A stretch of 62,295 bases of DNA, the filler included, from Squatina squatina (taxonomy: Eukaryota): NCBI GenBank assembly GCA_031763465.1. It is 4 parts of 4 records of this genome, joined end to end, with 100 filler letters (N's around TTAATTAATTAA, not from the genome) between each part and the next. Parts side by side here need not be neighbours in the genome. Positions count along the whole stretch, not along the records: positions 33,801 to 49,617 come from JARFOE010000162.1; positions 49,718 to 62,295 come from JARFOE010000189.1; 2 more parts are not named here. The stretch is one strand, 5' to 3'. Below the pieces are notes generated by a model, which made no database searches, had not been told where the DNA came from, and was given only the letters and a program-made list of their open reading frames with translations. Both the position numbers and the translations under genes were made by a program. Shown here one piece after another: positions 36,768 to 50,070 of this stretch. Position 1 is the stretch's first letter. Each line of letters opens with the position of its first letter.

Positions 36768-39700
36768 AAAACTGCGAATGTAATCAGAAAGGACAGGTCA
36801 ATGTCTGAGGTGGAATCCTTGGTCAGAACTCAGAACGGGAAGAGGTGAGGATTGAGCAAAATGAAGAGGGAAGGGAGTGAACTACAGGATGAATCGAGCA
36901 CCAGGAACCTCCTTCTCCCTTTCAGACTGTGATGGGCCTGTTGTATATTTGCAGTTTTTAATTAATAAAATCTGTCTATTTACTGAACATAAAGTTTAAA
37001 AATCACATTCTAATTCCCAAATTTCCAGCCCTCTGCTGTGTGTATAAATTACTAATTTTTGGACAACCGATAAAGTTCCTGCACCCACTAGCGAGTAACT
37101 ACAATAGCTGAAGATAGTTTCTGTTCTGCTGCAGTAAATGTGGCCTCAGAGAGAGTCTTTAAATAGTTAATGGCTGTTGGAAGTTTCCTGTATAACTTCC
37201 TGCCTTCTCATTGATGCTCATGATACAAGAAAGCGCGGGAACAGAGCTGAATTGCGGGAAGTGTAACGGGTTAGAACTGATACAGGAATGTTTGCGGTCT
37301 CTAAACTGCCTTGTTCTCATTTACAAACTCTATTCAGTTGTGCTGCAGTTAGCTGGATGTGTGTAATCATTAACCTCACGGTGCAGTGAGACTAAGTGTG
37401 AAACCGTTTACAACAGCTGTCAAAGACTCATTTCGCAAGAAGTGCTTCTTTGATCTCTTGCCTGCAGTTTATTTATTCATTTATTTAACTGTTTCCTTTG
37501 TTGTTCTCTTCCCCCTTTAATTTNNNNNNNNNNNNNNNNNNNNNNNNNNNNNNNNNNNNNNNNNNNNNNNNNNNNNNNNNNNNNNNNNNNNNNNNNNNNN
37601 NNNNNNNNNNNNNNNNNNNNNNNCTGTGATTCTCTGGTCAGTGATATTGAATGAAGATTCACCTAGCCGTCCATTCTGTTTACTGAATTCCCATCACACT
37701 CTACATATCCATGCAACATCTCCTCGGTTATACAAAGCACTAGACAGAGCAAAGAGGCTTTAGGGAAAGAGTGTGTTTCACAGACATTCCAGCAAATGAA
37801 GTTTCGCTAGATTAGAGAACTATTAAAGGCATGTGAAGTGAAGAAAATCGAGGATTAGTCACTTACTCTCAACAGCATGTACTGCAAGGAAGAAAAGAAA
37901 CAATTTTTAAAAGTAGAGAAGCATCATAGGGAAAATACACAGAAAACCCAACTAAATCTTAGAGAATGAAGATGGTGTCACTCAAGTATAAGAATACAGG
38001 AAAACAGAGCTTGGAGCTTTTCGCTAAACTCACATTTAAAATGTATCACAGGTAAGGCCATCTCTGATCATTTCCTTGTATCACTCGCCTCTCACATCCC
38101 CCTTCCTAACCCCACTTCCTTCTGCATCCGCTCCTGGAAAANNNNNNNNNNNNNNNNNNNNNNNNNNNNNNNNNNNNNNNNNNNNNNNNNNNNNNNNNNN
38201 NNNNNNNNNNNNNNNNNNNNNNNNNNNNNNNNNNNNNNNNNAGAGATTTGTGAGTTCGCCTCGCCTAGAAATAAATAACTGCGGTCATCCAGGTGTGGCA
38301 AAGTGTTGGAGTGAACATTAAGCGATGCCTCTCGCTGCTGTTCACTGACACCCATCTCTCTCCATTTCTGGTACAGTTAAACATTCCTCCATCTCCTGCC
38401 TCCCACAACTCCAGACAACGTCAACCCTTCGACAGGTTACCGTACTGAGGTGTAGAAAAGCTGCTTCATATATCGGCTGCACCCCAAAGGTGAATTTTTT
38501 GCTCTATGCGAGTTGATATTTTATCGACGGTTTTTCCAATCCTTCCAGCATTTACACTGTGGATCTCAGGAGATACAAAGAGGTTCTGGTGAGATTTCAT
38601 TGAATGAATAGGGAGAGATTAATTGACATGGGCACTGGCCCTGGATCAGAGGGCACCAGATTCATACCACTGCAGTCCACACAGCTCAGGCAGCAGTTAC
38701 GGAAATTTGTCGATGTACAAAACTTATAGGCGAGATGCAATTTTTGCCAAACCTTTAATTTTAAAATAATTAATTATTTAGCGGACTGCTCAAGTTGTCA
38801 AGCTAACTAACGTACTTTAATACCTGGTTAAAATTTGGATTCTCTGACAATTTTAAAACACTGCCCACTTAAGCCAAAAGAACAGATTATTGAAAGATTT
38901 GCCCCACACACTGCCAAAACTCAACACCTCAAGCCCGATCCTTTCAGATGCCGGAACTACAAAAGCTATGGAAGAGGCACCAGCAGTAAAGATCAAATTT
39001 AAAAGGGAATTAATAACTAACATATACAAACTATATTCTTTACCATTTAAAACAAACATTTTGCTTCAAAGATTTGTGGTGGAATATTAAAAGCAATATC
39101 TGCAGCATGAACCCATTTCACAAACAGAAGCTTTTACAATTTTGACACAAATAAATATCTTTCGATGTTGTTAAGATTCACGAAGACAGAATAAATCTGT
39201 CGTGCCCATCATCCGTGCAGTTTTTAAACCGTGCAGGTTTACAAGCGAACACTAGATCAGCTGCTGGGGTTCCTGTGGGAGGGTCGATCGTCTACCTCTA
39301 CACCAAGACCCAAGGGAACCGCATCCTTTACAAACTCGGAGGAACTTAAAACAAGTCCTTTGCAAAAAGCATCATGTTTGAACTCCTGAGCAGATCCCCT
39401 GAAGTGTCATCGCAAAATTATTTCCATGCCCTCCACCTCAAAATACGCTTTGAATGAATGAATCAGACTCCTGGCAGTGAAGGTTGCTGCGAGGAATGAG
39501 TACAGTTTGTTTTATTATTGGGGGGGTCTCCGTGCCCTCCTCCTGTCCCCTGATTTTCTCCCCAGTCTCTCCTGAGGGTGTTGCCTTGGGCTGGGATACA
39601 GTTCCATGGAAGCTCCATCACCCCTGCCCCCACAATGGTGAGCAGAGACGGTTGGTTTTGACCGTGTGTCAATGGTTAGTGATATCGCAACCCTCACCCG

Positions 39701-40117
39701 ATATCCACACACTCGCGTTTCCCAGCGGACGAGGGGGTCATTGGGCAGCGATCAGGAGCGGGAATCTGGCCTGATTTTCCATTGCTAACCTAGGGCACTG
39801 AGGACAATTTTACCCGCCCCGCCCCGCCCGCTGTCAGGCTAAGATAGACTGATTCAGCAGGGGTCACCCCTCAGCCCTCGCCCCACCCTCGGGTCTGTTA
39901 CAGGGGCAGACAAGGAAGGATTTCTGCGCCGTCAGGAGAGCTGGGATGTGTCGGCTTCTAGATGATATTTCGCGCTGGAACAGTTCAATCCAAGGACGAG
40001 GAGCGTAGGAACTGCAACCAGTTTTAGAATAAAAGGCAGAAAAAGAAAGAGTGAGAGGACAGAGCGATGGATAATGATGAGTGCAGCTGCCCCTCCACCA
40101 GTGTCTTTCAGGATATT

Positions 40118-40732
40118 TTAAATGATCTTTGGAGCTGACCGGTCGTTGGTTAAAGTCTTTCTCAGTTTGACACCCCGGCGGATCATGGACAGAACATCAT
40201 TGCCGCCCTCGGTTGGCGAGGGGGTAGCAGTGACATCATCGATCCTGCCAGTCCTTTGGGAAGCCGAGGTGATACCCAGGTGCGGAGTCAGTCCGTTTCC
40301 CGCGGGCGCTGATTCTCGGGCGTTCTGGAGGTTGGGGGCCGAGCGCTGGAGGCTGCTGACCAGGAGCGGTTTCTCTGGTACCAGGGCATAGCTGGGGTTC
40401 TGGGCCATGCTCAGGCTTTGTGTTGAACTGCAGATGCCATGTTTCCGTTGCACGAAGCTGGTGCGCCCGCCCTGCAGGCTGACGCACTCCTCACTGCCAG
40501 TCCGCGAGACTGCCAGCCCCATCGGCTTGCTGGACACGGGCGGTCCTGGAACAGGCACCACTGGAGTACGGATGGGGATGGGCACACCGCTGATCGTACC
40601 CCGCCGGAACGTCGGTTTGCTGGAGGGTTTCCTTCGTATCGTAGCGACGTGAGATGTCATCATGGGCTCGGGGTCAACCAACAGGCTCACGGTGGAGGCC
40701 GGCCGTTTTACCTGGAACATCTTCCTGTAGTT
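40118..40732 (-). CDS. MTSS (MIM/ABBA family) last coding exon with C-terminal WH2 domain
   Basis: NYRKMFQVKRPAST, VATIRRKPSSKPTFRRGTISG.PIPIRTP and WH2 DVLSMIRRGVKLRKTLTNDRSAPKII*. Paralog (MTSS1, MTSS2 or other) uncertain. Confidence 0.9.
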   Translation of the reverse strand, partial: NYRKMFQVKRPASTVSLLVDPEPMMTSHVATIRRKPSSKPTFRRGTISGVPIPIRTPVVPVPGPPVSSKPMGLAVSRTGSEECVSLQGGRTSFVQRKHGICSSTQSLSMAQNPSYALVPEKPLLVSSLQRSAPNLQNARESAPAGNGLTPHLGITSASQRTGRIDDVTATPSPTEGGNDVLSMIRRGVKLRKTLTNDRSAPKII

Positions 40733-40832
40733 NNNNNNNNNNNNNNNNNNNNNNNNNNNNNNNNNNNNNNNNNNNNNNNNNNNNNNNNNNNNNNNNNNNN
40801 NNNNNNNNNNNNNNNNNNNNNNNNNNNNNNNN

Positions 40833-41110
40833 TTAGCAGCTTTTTTGGGCAGGACGGGGGGGTGGGGTGGGTGTGGGGGAGAGAGTCCCAGATTCCCACT
40901 CCCCTTTGTGTGAGGAAGTGCTTCCTGACATCACCCCTGGACGGCCTGGCTCGAATTTTCAGGTTCTGCCCCCTTGTTCTGAACTCCCCTTACCAGAAGA
41001 AATAGTTTTTCTCCATCTACCCTATCAAATCAAATCATTAATCATCTTGAACACCTCAATTAAGTCACCCCTTAATCTTCAATACTCGAGGGATTACAAG
41101 CCCAGTCTAT
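40833..41110 (-). mobile_element. CR1 LINE 3' fragment
   Basis: Near-identical to 41935-42160 (CCCACTCCCCTTTGTGTGA.GAAGTGCTTCCTGACATCAC...). Confidence 0.8.
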
Positions 41111-41579
41111 ACAACGAGCTGGAGTACGAACCCCGGCAAACCTTCCCTCCTTAACTCAATGCTAATTGTGTGGTACCCGCGCCAGCCCCAGTACACCTTC
41201 CCTCCACTCTGCCCCACCCTCAGGTGAGGGCCCCAATTTTCCCCACGAGCCTCCCTCGGTGAGTTGGTTTTTGCTGTGGGCTCACTTGGAATCACCAGTC
41301 CACGTGAGACTCTTTACAGCAGGCAGGTCTGGATGTCAGTCCAAATCACAGATGAACATCGACTCCTTTAATGTTCACGTCCCTCATTCGCTATTTCCCA
41401 TTTCCCACGCCAGCCATCTTGTGATCTCTCCGAGGCCATTTGCCAATTTAACACCAGCTAGTTGCTGAATTAGGGGCAGTGTAGTGGCGTTTCACTGCCC
41501 ACCAGGAACTGGATTGAGACGGAGTTGGGTTGTACTTTTAATGATGCACTTTGAGAGCAGGTACAGGTGTGAACATTAC

Positions 41580-41716
41580 CTGGTCAACGATCGACAGGTG
41601 ACGGTTCTCTTCCAGTTTGCGCTGTAGAATTGGGTTTGGGTGACTTGCTCCAGGAGACAGATAAGGCCTGTATCCAGACAGCAGGTAGGACAGGCAAATC
41701 CCAGAGGGGCCATTTC
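41580..41716 (-). CDS. OSGIN-family (oxidative stress-induced growth inhibitor) exon
   Basis: 137-bp exon, TTCCTTCAG...GTAATG. GNGPSGICLSYLLSGYRPYLSPGASHPNPILQRKLEENRHLSIVDQ carries the OSGIN1/2 GxGxxG FAD-binding start. Confidence 0.9.
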
Positions 41717-41744
41717 CTGAAGGAAAAATAACATTTGTTTGCAT

Positions 41745-42400
41745 AGTTCAGGACTGCACAATCTCAGGAGCAGGAGGAGGCCATTCAGCCCCTCGAGCCT
41801 GCTCTGCCATTCCATTAGATCATGGCTGATCTGTACCTCAACTTCATTTGCTCCATATCCCTCGATACCCTTACCCAACAAAAATCTATCAATACCAGTC
41901 ATCAAAGCTCCAGTTGACCCCCAGAATCCACAGCTTTTTTGGGGAGAGAGTTCCAGATCCCCACTCCCCTTTGTGTGAAGAAGTGCTTCCTGACATCACT
42001 CTGAACGGCCCAGCTTGAATTTTCAGGTTCTGCCCCCTTGTTCTGAATTCCCCTTACCAGAGGAAATAGATTCTCTCCATCTACCCTATCGAATCCTTTT
42101 ACACCATTGTATACACCACGATCAGATCACCCACCATTTGATATACAAGGGAATACAAGCCTGGCCTGTCCAAACTGTCCTCGTAATTTAACGCTTTAAG
42201 CCCCGGTACCATTCTGGTGAATCTGCGCTGTTCCCCCTCCAAGGACAATATCTCCTTCTCGAGAGCCGGGGCCCAGAACGGAACACAGTGCCCCAGACAG
42301 GGTCTGACCAGAGCTCGGTACAACTGGAACATAACTTCCACCCTTTGTATTCCAGCCCCTCGAGATAAACACCAACATTTAATGAGCATTTTAGATTCCT
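41745..42400 (-). mobile_element. 5'-truncated CR1 LINE (ORF2 end and 3' tail)
   Basis: LYRALVRPCLGHCVPFWAP...LEGEQRRFTRMVPGL plus the standard tail. Confidence 0.85.
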
Positions 42401-43559
42401 TTTAGTATAAGCAGCATTTATATAGCGCCTTTAACATAGCAAAACATCCCAAGGTGCTTCACAGAAGCATTATCAAAGGAAAATTGACACTAATCTACCT
42501 ATCGCAGATGCATTTGTCCATGACAGTGTTGTTGGAGAGGCCACTGCATAGTCCTTGTGGAGACGAGATCCCGCCTTCACACCGAGGACACCCTCCATCG
42601 TGTTGTGTGGCACTACCACCGTGCTAAATGGGATAGATTCAGAACAGATCTAGCAGCTCAANNNNNNNNNNNNNNNNNNNNNNNNNNNNNNNNNNNNNNN
42701 NNNNNNNNNNNNNNNNNNNNNNNNNNNNNNNNNNNNNNNNNNNNNNNNNNNNNNNNNNNNNTGGCAGCGAGCTGAGCGGATCCAACTAATGAATGTCAGC
42801 TCAGAGCCCGAGATTCTAACAAGGCTGCTGCTTTCACCAGCAGATGAGACAAGCGAGATTCCTCAGATTTGTGGCTTTAAGTACGGGTATTTACTATGGC
42901 AGCAGGTTGGGGCGGGGGGGTGGTGGGTGAAGAACAGGCTGTTACTCTGGCAGCTCCCATGGGTCAGGCCGAGAGAGACGTGTAGCCCAACCTGATCAGC
43001 GTGCTCTTCCTTCACCAGTTATCCTGGAACAATCACTTTAGATAAAATTGACAGGAGTGAAAAAGTGGGTGTCTTCGCCCTCCCCTACCTCGGCACTGAG
43101 TCAGTCTGGGGTACAGTACCCTGCCAGCTATCTCACCTGGAATTGGGGGTCAGGAGACATCACAGTTGCTCCGAATCCAGTCGAATGTCGACAGAGCAAT
43201 CGCTCATCAGCAGGGATTGCTGGGCACGGTTGACCCTGGCTGACTTCCCTCGCCCAACAGTGCCAATCATAACCCTATCGCCATCCCAGCATTAACTCAG
43301 CACGCAGACAGGCATCAATCCAGGCACCTTCCACAGCTAGCAGCACCTTTAGCAACCAGGCTTGTCGCCCTGAGGCACTGACCCATCCAACGGGATGAGA
43401 TTGGACTATAGCCGCACAAGGAGCTGGGGCCAGAAATAGCCAATCTCAGCCTAGTTCAGTCTCCGACCCCCAAACAGCTGACGGGCCACTGGTTAATCAT
43501 CTCCAGAACAAGAAACAAAACCATAACCACACACAGGGAGAGGGATGAAAGGGCCGTAC

Positions 43560-43736
43560 CACCAGCGGAACCTGCAGCAGGGACGACAACTCATCCTGGT
43601 CTTCGATGGATGTCTTCGGATGGACCAATCCTCCCTGGTTACTGAAAGCACAGTAACTGCCCACCAGAACCTGCTCGGCAACAGTCTGTCGGAAAACCTC
43701 CACCTTCAGCACATCAGCCAAGATCTCCTCTGTCTC
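43560..43736 (-). CDS. EIF6: Eukaryotic translation initiation factor 6, internal exon
   Basis: 177 bp, AG...GT, phase 0/0. [59 protein letters not shown]. Confidence 0.96.
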
Positions 43737-44017
43737 CTGCACAAAGAGGAAGGGAAGAAAAGGGTTAGTCCAAGAACTCACGTACAAAATAGAGAAAGTG
43801 AAGAGACAGCTTGGGTTTAGTTACTCTGCACCAAGGCTGGTGAGTATATCGAACCGGCTGCCAGGGAGGCAGAAAAAGCAAAGCATTCAAAGTGATATAT
43901 CAAGCTTGATACTTCAGNNNNNNNNNNNNNNNNNNNNNNNNNNNNNNNNNNNNNNNNNNNNNNNNNNNNNNNNNNNNNNNNNNNNNNNNNNNNNNNNNNN
44001 NNNNNNNNNNNNNNNNN

Positions 44018-44088
44018 CCACAGCCCGGGGTCACTCAGTCTGGGGTCACTCGTCCCACAGCCCGGGGTCACTCAGTCTGGGGTCACTC
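44018..44088 (+). repeat. Short tandem repeat (about 38-bp unit)
   Basis: CCACAGCCCGGGGTCACTCAGTCTGGGGTCACTC occurs twice next to a gap. Confidence 0.7.
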
Positions 44089-45725
44089 TGGTCTACACAG
44101 CACCAGGGCAAGGCCTCAGGCTCCTGTGCCATGTCATTCCTCCTGATCAGGGATTGATGCTCACAGACTAAGATTCCTAACCCTTGTAAACAAAACTGAA
44201 TCTAACTCATTAATATTCAATACCACTCACCTTGAAAACAAACATTTCCCCTCGGAACAAGGCCACGGTGTTGAAATGCCCATCACAGATGTTGGGTTTG
44301 GAGCCAGGGAACGAGGGCCTCTCCCCAGAGGGAGGCCGAGGAGGCCGAGACTGGCGGTCGTGCTTCCTCTCTGATGTGGAATGGATCCTGCGAGCGGAGA
44401 TGGTTGGCAGGGGCCGAGTGGGTTCCAGGGCCTCGGTTGGGGGGCCTAGGGATCACCGCAAGACACAGAATAATTGATAAGTTTCCAAAACCAACAAGAC
44501 AGGGCAACAGTTAGTGCGTATGCAAATCCATTTCCTGTAATCTCAGCCCTGCAACTGCTGAAGGAGAATTTCAAACTTGGAAAATTAACTTAAAGCTGAT
44601 GTGTTTGATTTCTGTCTTCCCGCAGGCGTTTTCAGACTGAACACAGGTCCCCAGATGGAAGGTCATGCCCGCCAGGCACAGAACCCCTCCCCCCGGGCAC
44701 AGAGCCCACCACCCCCCACCCCGGGCACCCCTCTCCCTGGGCAATCCGTCCCGGACACAGCACCTCCCCCCGGGGCACACATCCCCTAACCCCACGGAAC
44801 ACAGACCCCTGCCCAGGCCCGAGAGTGGACTTCCAAGCAGAGGGAAATCCTCAGAGACAATGGAGTTCTGTAATGGATGGGCTNNNNNNNNNNNNNNNNN
44901 NNNNNNNNNNNNNNNNNNNNNNNNNNNNNNNNNNNNNNNNNNNNNNNNNNNNNNNNNNNNNNNNNNNNNNNNNNNNNNNNNNNGGAATCCACTTCATGTC
45001 GACTCCCTGTGTTAAGTCCATCAACTAGTTGAATGATAAGTGTGGCCACTGTCACTGCAGATTATCCCTGGGTAGGGAAACAGATCAAACCCACTCTCTG
45101 TAAAACAATTTCACTGATTTTCCCCAAAAATGTTCCAACTCTCTGTGTGGCTACTTTGGTTCCCAAATATCTAAATATAGATCCTTAAAAATAAATGTAT
45201 AATATAATAAATGTAAAAATAGTAAATGGTTATGGAGCTGGCATCAGGCCTCATGTAAAGTGGGTCTGTTCTGAGTACAGCCAGTCCTGAGCCTCCTCCA
45301 TTCAGAAAACCACATCTACACGGTGCTCATAGAGACTGCTACAGCCCACCACCAACAAGGGTAGTTTGTTCAAAATACTTACGTGAATGTGGAGCCAGCA
45401 GTGCAGGAGTGATTACCCCAACCCCAATTCCAAAGATCAATACCGAGCCCCAATTCCCCTACCCTGAGACACAGACAGACAGACAGAGGAACCAACTGCA
45501 GTCTGCCCACATAATAACATATTACCCGCTGTTGGCAGAATATAAAGACACCGCTCATTCAGCACAGAAAGAGACTCACCCTTTTTAAATATGAGAATAA
45601 TAAGAAACCTTGATTCTTTTTGTATTTGATAATTTTAATGACTCTATGAGTATTTTCTTGCTTCATTTTGATTTTTGGGGGTTTAACTTTTTCACTTTTT
45701 TCCTTTGCTGGTTTTGTCTGCCCAG

Positions 45726-45822
45726 CGGTGAGTCTGGAGCTGGGAAAACCGTGAACACGAAACGTGTTATTCAATACTTTGCAATTGTTGCTGCCTTGGG
45801 CGAAGGAGGTGGAAAGAAGGGC
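45726..45822 (+). CDS. MYH7B: MYH7B motor-domain exon (P-loop)
   Basis: [32 protein letters not shown]; CCCAG acceptor and GTAAG donor. Confidence 0.9.
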
Positions 45823-46279
45823 GTAAGATCAACTCTTTCAAACTTCTTCACTTTTCATTTTGCATTTTTGCCTTTTTCTTTAAAAACTATTTTTGCCTCC
45901 ATTTTGCTTTAACTTGCAGTAATTTATACAACGATTGTACTTTACCAAGTAAATATTTTTTGCCCTAAAGTTTCTTTTTCCTCTTTTGTATATTTTTAAA
46001 ACAAAACTTTTTACGTGAATTTCTCAATAATCTGTTGGGAGGCTTTTAAACATGCTGATTGGTACCTGTGTATGTCCCTGAAAAAGACACACAGTCTAAG
46101 TATGAATGGCCTAAACTGGGTAGTGTAGTGGTTGGTTCTGTTACTGGATTAGTAATAATACCAATAATCAGTAATAATTNNNNNNNNNNNNNNNNNNNNN
46201 NNNNNNNNNNNNNNNNNNNNNNNNNNNNNNNNNNNNNNNNNNNNNNNNNNNNNNNNNNNNNNNNNNNNNNNNNNNNNNN

Positions 46280-46410
46280 TTCCACATTCTCCCCACTCCC
46301 TGTGGGAGCGAGTTCCACATTCTCCCCACTCCCTGTGGGAGCGAGTTCCACATTCTGCCCACTCTCTGGGTAAAGAAGTTTCTCCTGAATTCCCGATTCG
46401 ATTTCTTAAG
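46280..46410 (-). mobile_element. CR1 tail fragment with internal 30-bp tandem duplication
   Basis: RRNFFTQRVGRMWNSLPQGVGRMWNSLPQGVGRMW, running into a gap. Confidence 0.8.
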
Positions 46411-46602
46411 CGAGGATTCCAAGGTGGAAGAGAGGGGTTATACTTTTTAATAGATGATCCCATTCTTAACCATTTGCTAAGGCTTCTCGGAGGCAGCTTG
46501 GCTCGGTGGGAATGTTGAGATTCCGGATGGATGAGATGAAATGGCCCAAAAGCCTCCTTCATCTGAACTGACCTTGTGATTTCTTTCTGACCCGACAATG
46601 AG

Positions 46603-46677
46603 ATCAAGGTAGTTAAGACTTGCAGTGATGTTTAGCTAATTTATGAATGAACATCACTTTAAGTCTGTGCTATCTTT
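46603..46677 (+). ncRNA. MIR499: miR-499 precursor hairpin, intronic in MYH7B
   Basis: 5p arm TTAAGACTTGCAGTGATGTTTA at 46613-46634 and complementary 3p arm AACATCACTTTAAGTCTGTGCT at 46650-46671, sense to the myosin exons. Confidence 0.97.
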
Positions 46678-46864
46678 CTCCTCACCATCTGCTGAAGAGT
46701 AGAATGTGGTAAGTTTTGAAAAAGAACAACGGCTGGATAAGTCCTGATGGGAAATAAACACGGTGCCCAAACCAATCATATCCCCTGGCCGTTAACATCG
46801 CTCTGAACAACTGCACACCCTCACCAGGAAAAGAACTACAATATCAGTCACTCAGCTTCGGAGA

Positions 46865-47703
<839 letters not shown>

Positions 47704-47852
47704 NNNNNNNNNNNNNNNNNNNNNNNNNNNNNNNNNNNNNNNNNNNNNNNNNNNNNNNNNNNNNNNNNNNNNNNNNNNNNNNNNNNNNNNNNNNNNNNNN
47801 NNNTATAAATTCATTTTCATGGCAACCATTTCCAATTTGATTAACCCAATCT

Positions 47853-47955
47853 ACACTCCAACCCGGCCTACACGTGACTGCCGTCTCACTCCAACCCGGC
47901 CTACACGTGACTCCCGTCTCACTCCAGCCCGGCCTACACGTGACTTCTGTCTCAC
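47853..47955 (+). repeat. 34-bp tandem repeat, 3 copies
   Basis: CACTCCAACCCGGCCTACACGTGACTGCCGTCT repeated; each unit has CACGTG. Confidence 0.85.
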
Positions 47956-48312
47956 ATTCCGTGGTTAACTCTTACTTCCCCCTGAACTAGACCAGTAAGG
48001 CAATCAATTGTAAAGACAATTGTTACAAGGCAAGTAGGGAAGGGCAATAAATGTGACCTCATGTCTCGAAATCCCAACGACAGATAACAAGGTGGGCAGC
48101 AAGATCCCGTAGCACGAGTCAAGGTGGATCAGGACAGTGGTCCAGTCATTCAGCCACCGCCACCTGTGATTCCTCTTGGTGATGTCATCTCCGATACAGT
48201 CGGTGCTGCAACAAAGGCAGTGCACTTTAAACAAAAACTGGATGGTTTCTTTGGCGCGAAAGGTGATATAAATAAAACATTATTTATTTTAAATTTGTCC
48301 CGTTGATTTCAG

Positions 48313-48505
48313 GCGTAACCACCAGAGAAACCTGGAATTGATGCAGTCAGCACTGGATGCCGAGGCAAAGGCCAGAAATGAAGCAATTAGGTTGAAGAAG
48401 AAAATGGAGGGAGATCTGAATGAGATGGAAATGCAGCTGAATCACGCCAATAGACAGGCGGCTGAATCCCTGAAACTGCTGCGAAGCCTCCAGGCCCAGA
48501 TGAAG
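48313..48505 (+). CDS. MYH7B: MYH7B rod exon
   Basis: 193 bp; [64 protein letters not shown]. Confidence 0.92.
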
Positions 48506-48722
48506 GTCAGTCAAGGCAGGGTGTGAGTGTAGGACAGGAAGAGGTCCAGACACAGATGCACCATTGAAAGCAATTGTACATGACTCAATGACAGTGAAAT
48601 GGTGGTGTGAACTGCAGATACAGTTCGAATTTTAACGTGTGTGTCAGCTGATTTAGTTTCTGTTAGCTCGATGTGGGAACCTTGAATGTCAGTGACACTA
48701 ACAAAGTGTGTGTTTCTCGTAG

Positions 48723-48926
48723 GACATTCAACTGGAACTCGACGAAACCATTCGACAGAATGATGATTACAAGGAGCAAATCGCAGCTGTTGAGCGTCAC
48801 AGCAACCTGTTGCTGGCAGAGGTGGAAGAACTGCGTGCAGTTCTCGAACAGTCTGAGAGAGGCAGGAAACTGGCCGAACAGGAGTTACTGGAAGCAACAG
48901 AGCGCGTGAACCTGCTGCATTCACAG
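48723..48926 (+). CDS. MYH7B: MYH7B rod exon
   Basis: 204 bp, phase 0/0; [38 protein letters not shown]...[15 protein letters not shown]. Confidence 0.92.
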
Positions 48927-49035
48927 GTAGAGAGAGCGAGTGGACACACCACAGATTGTAAATAATGAGGGGCTCTGGTGCAAAGGCTGCAGGAGGATGG
49001 AAACAGTAATAATCTTATCTTTTGCATGTCTTCAG

Positions 49036-49161
49036 AACACAGGTCTCATTAACCAGAAAAAGAAGCTGGAGAGCGACATTAATTATCTGAGCACTGAGGT
49101 GGAAGAAGCAGTACAGGAATGTCGGAATGCAGAGGAGAAAGCTAAGAAAGCAATAACTGAT
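49036..49161 (+). CDS. MYH7B: MYH7B rod exon
   Basis: 126 bp; [48 protein letters not shown] donor. Confidence 0.93.
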
Positions 49162-49617
49162 GTAAGTGACGAGAGCTCAGAAATACATGTGCTTCATACA
49201 AACCCTTCTGGTCATGGAATCGTATTATATTGATATAGCCATCTCTGGGTTATTTCATATTCTGCTGTGGCCAGATAAATATATACCAGCCAGCAGCAAT
49301 CATACACGGCTTTAACATTTGGAAGAGACACTTAAAATTATTACGGCTGACTGGGATTCAATTGAAGCAATCTGTCTAGATTTGAAACTGTCTTTTACAA
49401 TCAAATACCATCAGTATAGATTGTTTCTCAAACCCCTGATAGCAATCTGAAGCACACAGAGGAATGTGTGGGCAAAATTACATTAATGACGACCTTGCCT
49501 TTGAGATGTTACCTTAATTCAAAATTTAATTTAAAATATGCCTCACCCTCTCGAGGAAGGGGTAAAAATGTGACTGACAGAAGATGAACTATGATTATGT
49601 GTTGAATCTGGAAGAAG

Positions 49618-49717
49618 NNNNNNNNNNNNNNNNNNNNNNNNNNNNNNNNNNNNNNNNNNNNTTAATTAATTAANNNNNNNNNNNNNNNNNNNNNNNNNNN
49701 NNNNNNNNNNNNNNNNN
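49618..49717. other. Artificial scaffold spacer
   Basis: TTAATTAATTAA at 49662-49673 within Ns. Confidence 0.95.
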
Positions 49718-50070
49718 AAACAATTCCCTTCAGGTACTTATCCAATTCCCTTTTGAAAGCCACAATTGAGCCTGCCTCTACAACCCTTTCAGGCAGTAAA
49801 TTCCAGATCCTAACCACTGCATAAAAAAGCTTTTCCTCTTGTCGCCTTTGGAGCTTTTGCCAATCACCTTAAATCTGTGCCCTCTGGTTCTCGAACCCTC
49901 TGCCAATGGGAACAGTTTCTCTCTACCTACTCTGTCCAGATTCCTTCATGATTTTGAACACCTCTATCATATTTCCTCTCAACCTTCTCTGCTCTAAGAA
50001 CAACCCCAGCTTCTCCAGTCGACCCGCGAAACTGAACTCCCTCATTCCTAGAACCATTCTCGTATATCTT
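49718..50070 (-). mobile_element. CR1 LINE 3' fragment
   Basis: CAGGTACTTATCCAATTCCCTTTTGAA...CCTTAAATCTGTGCCCTCTGGTTCT... Confidence 0.75.
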
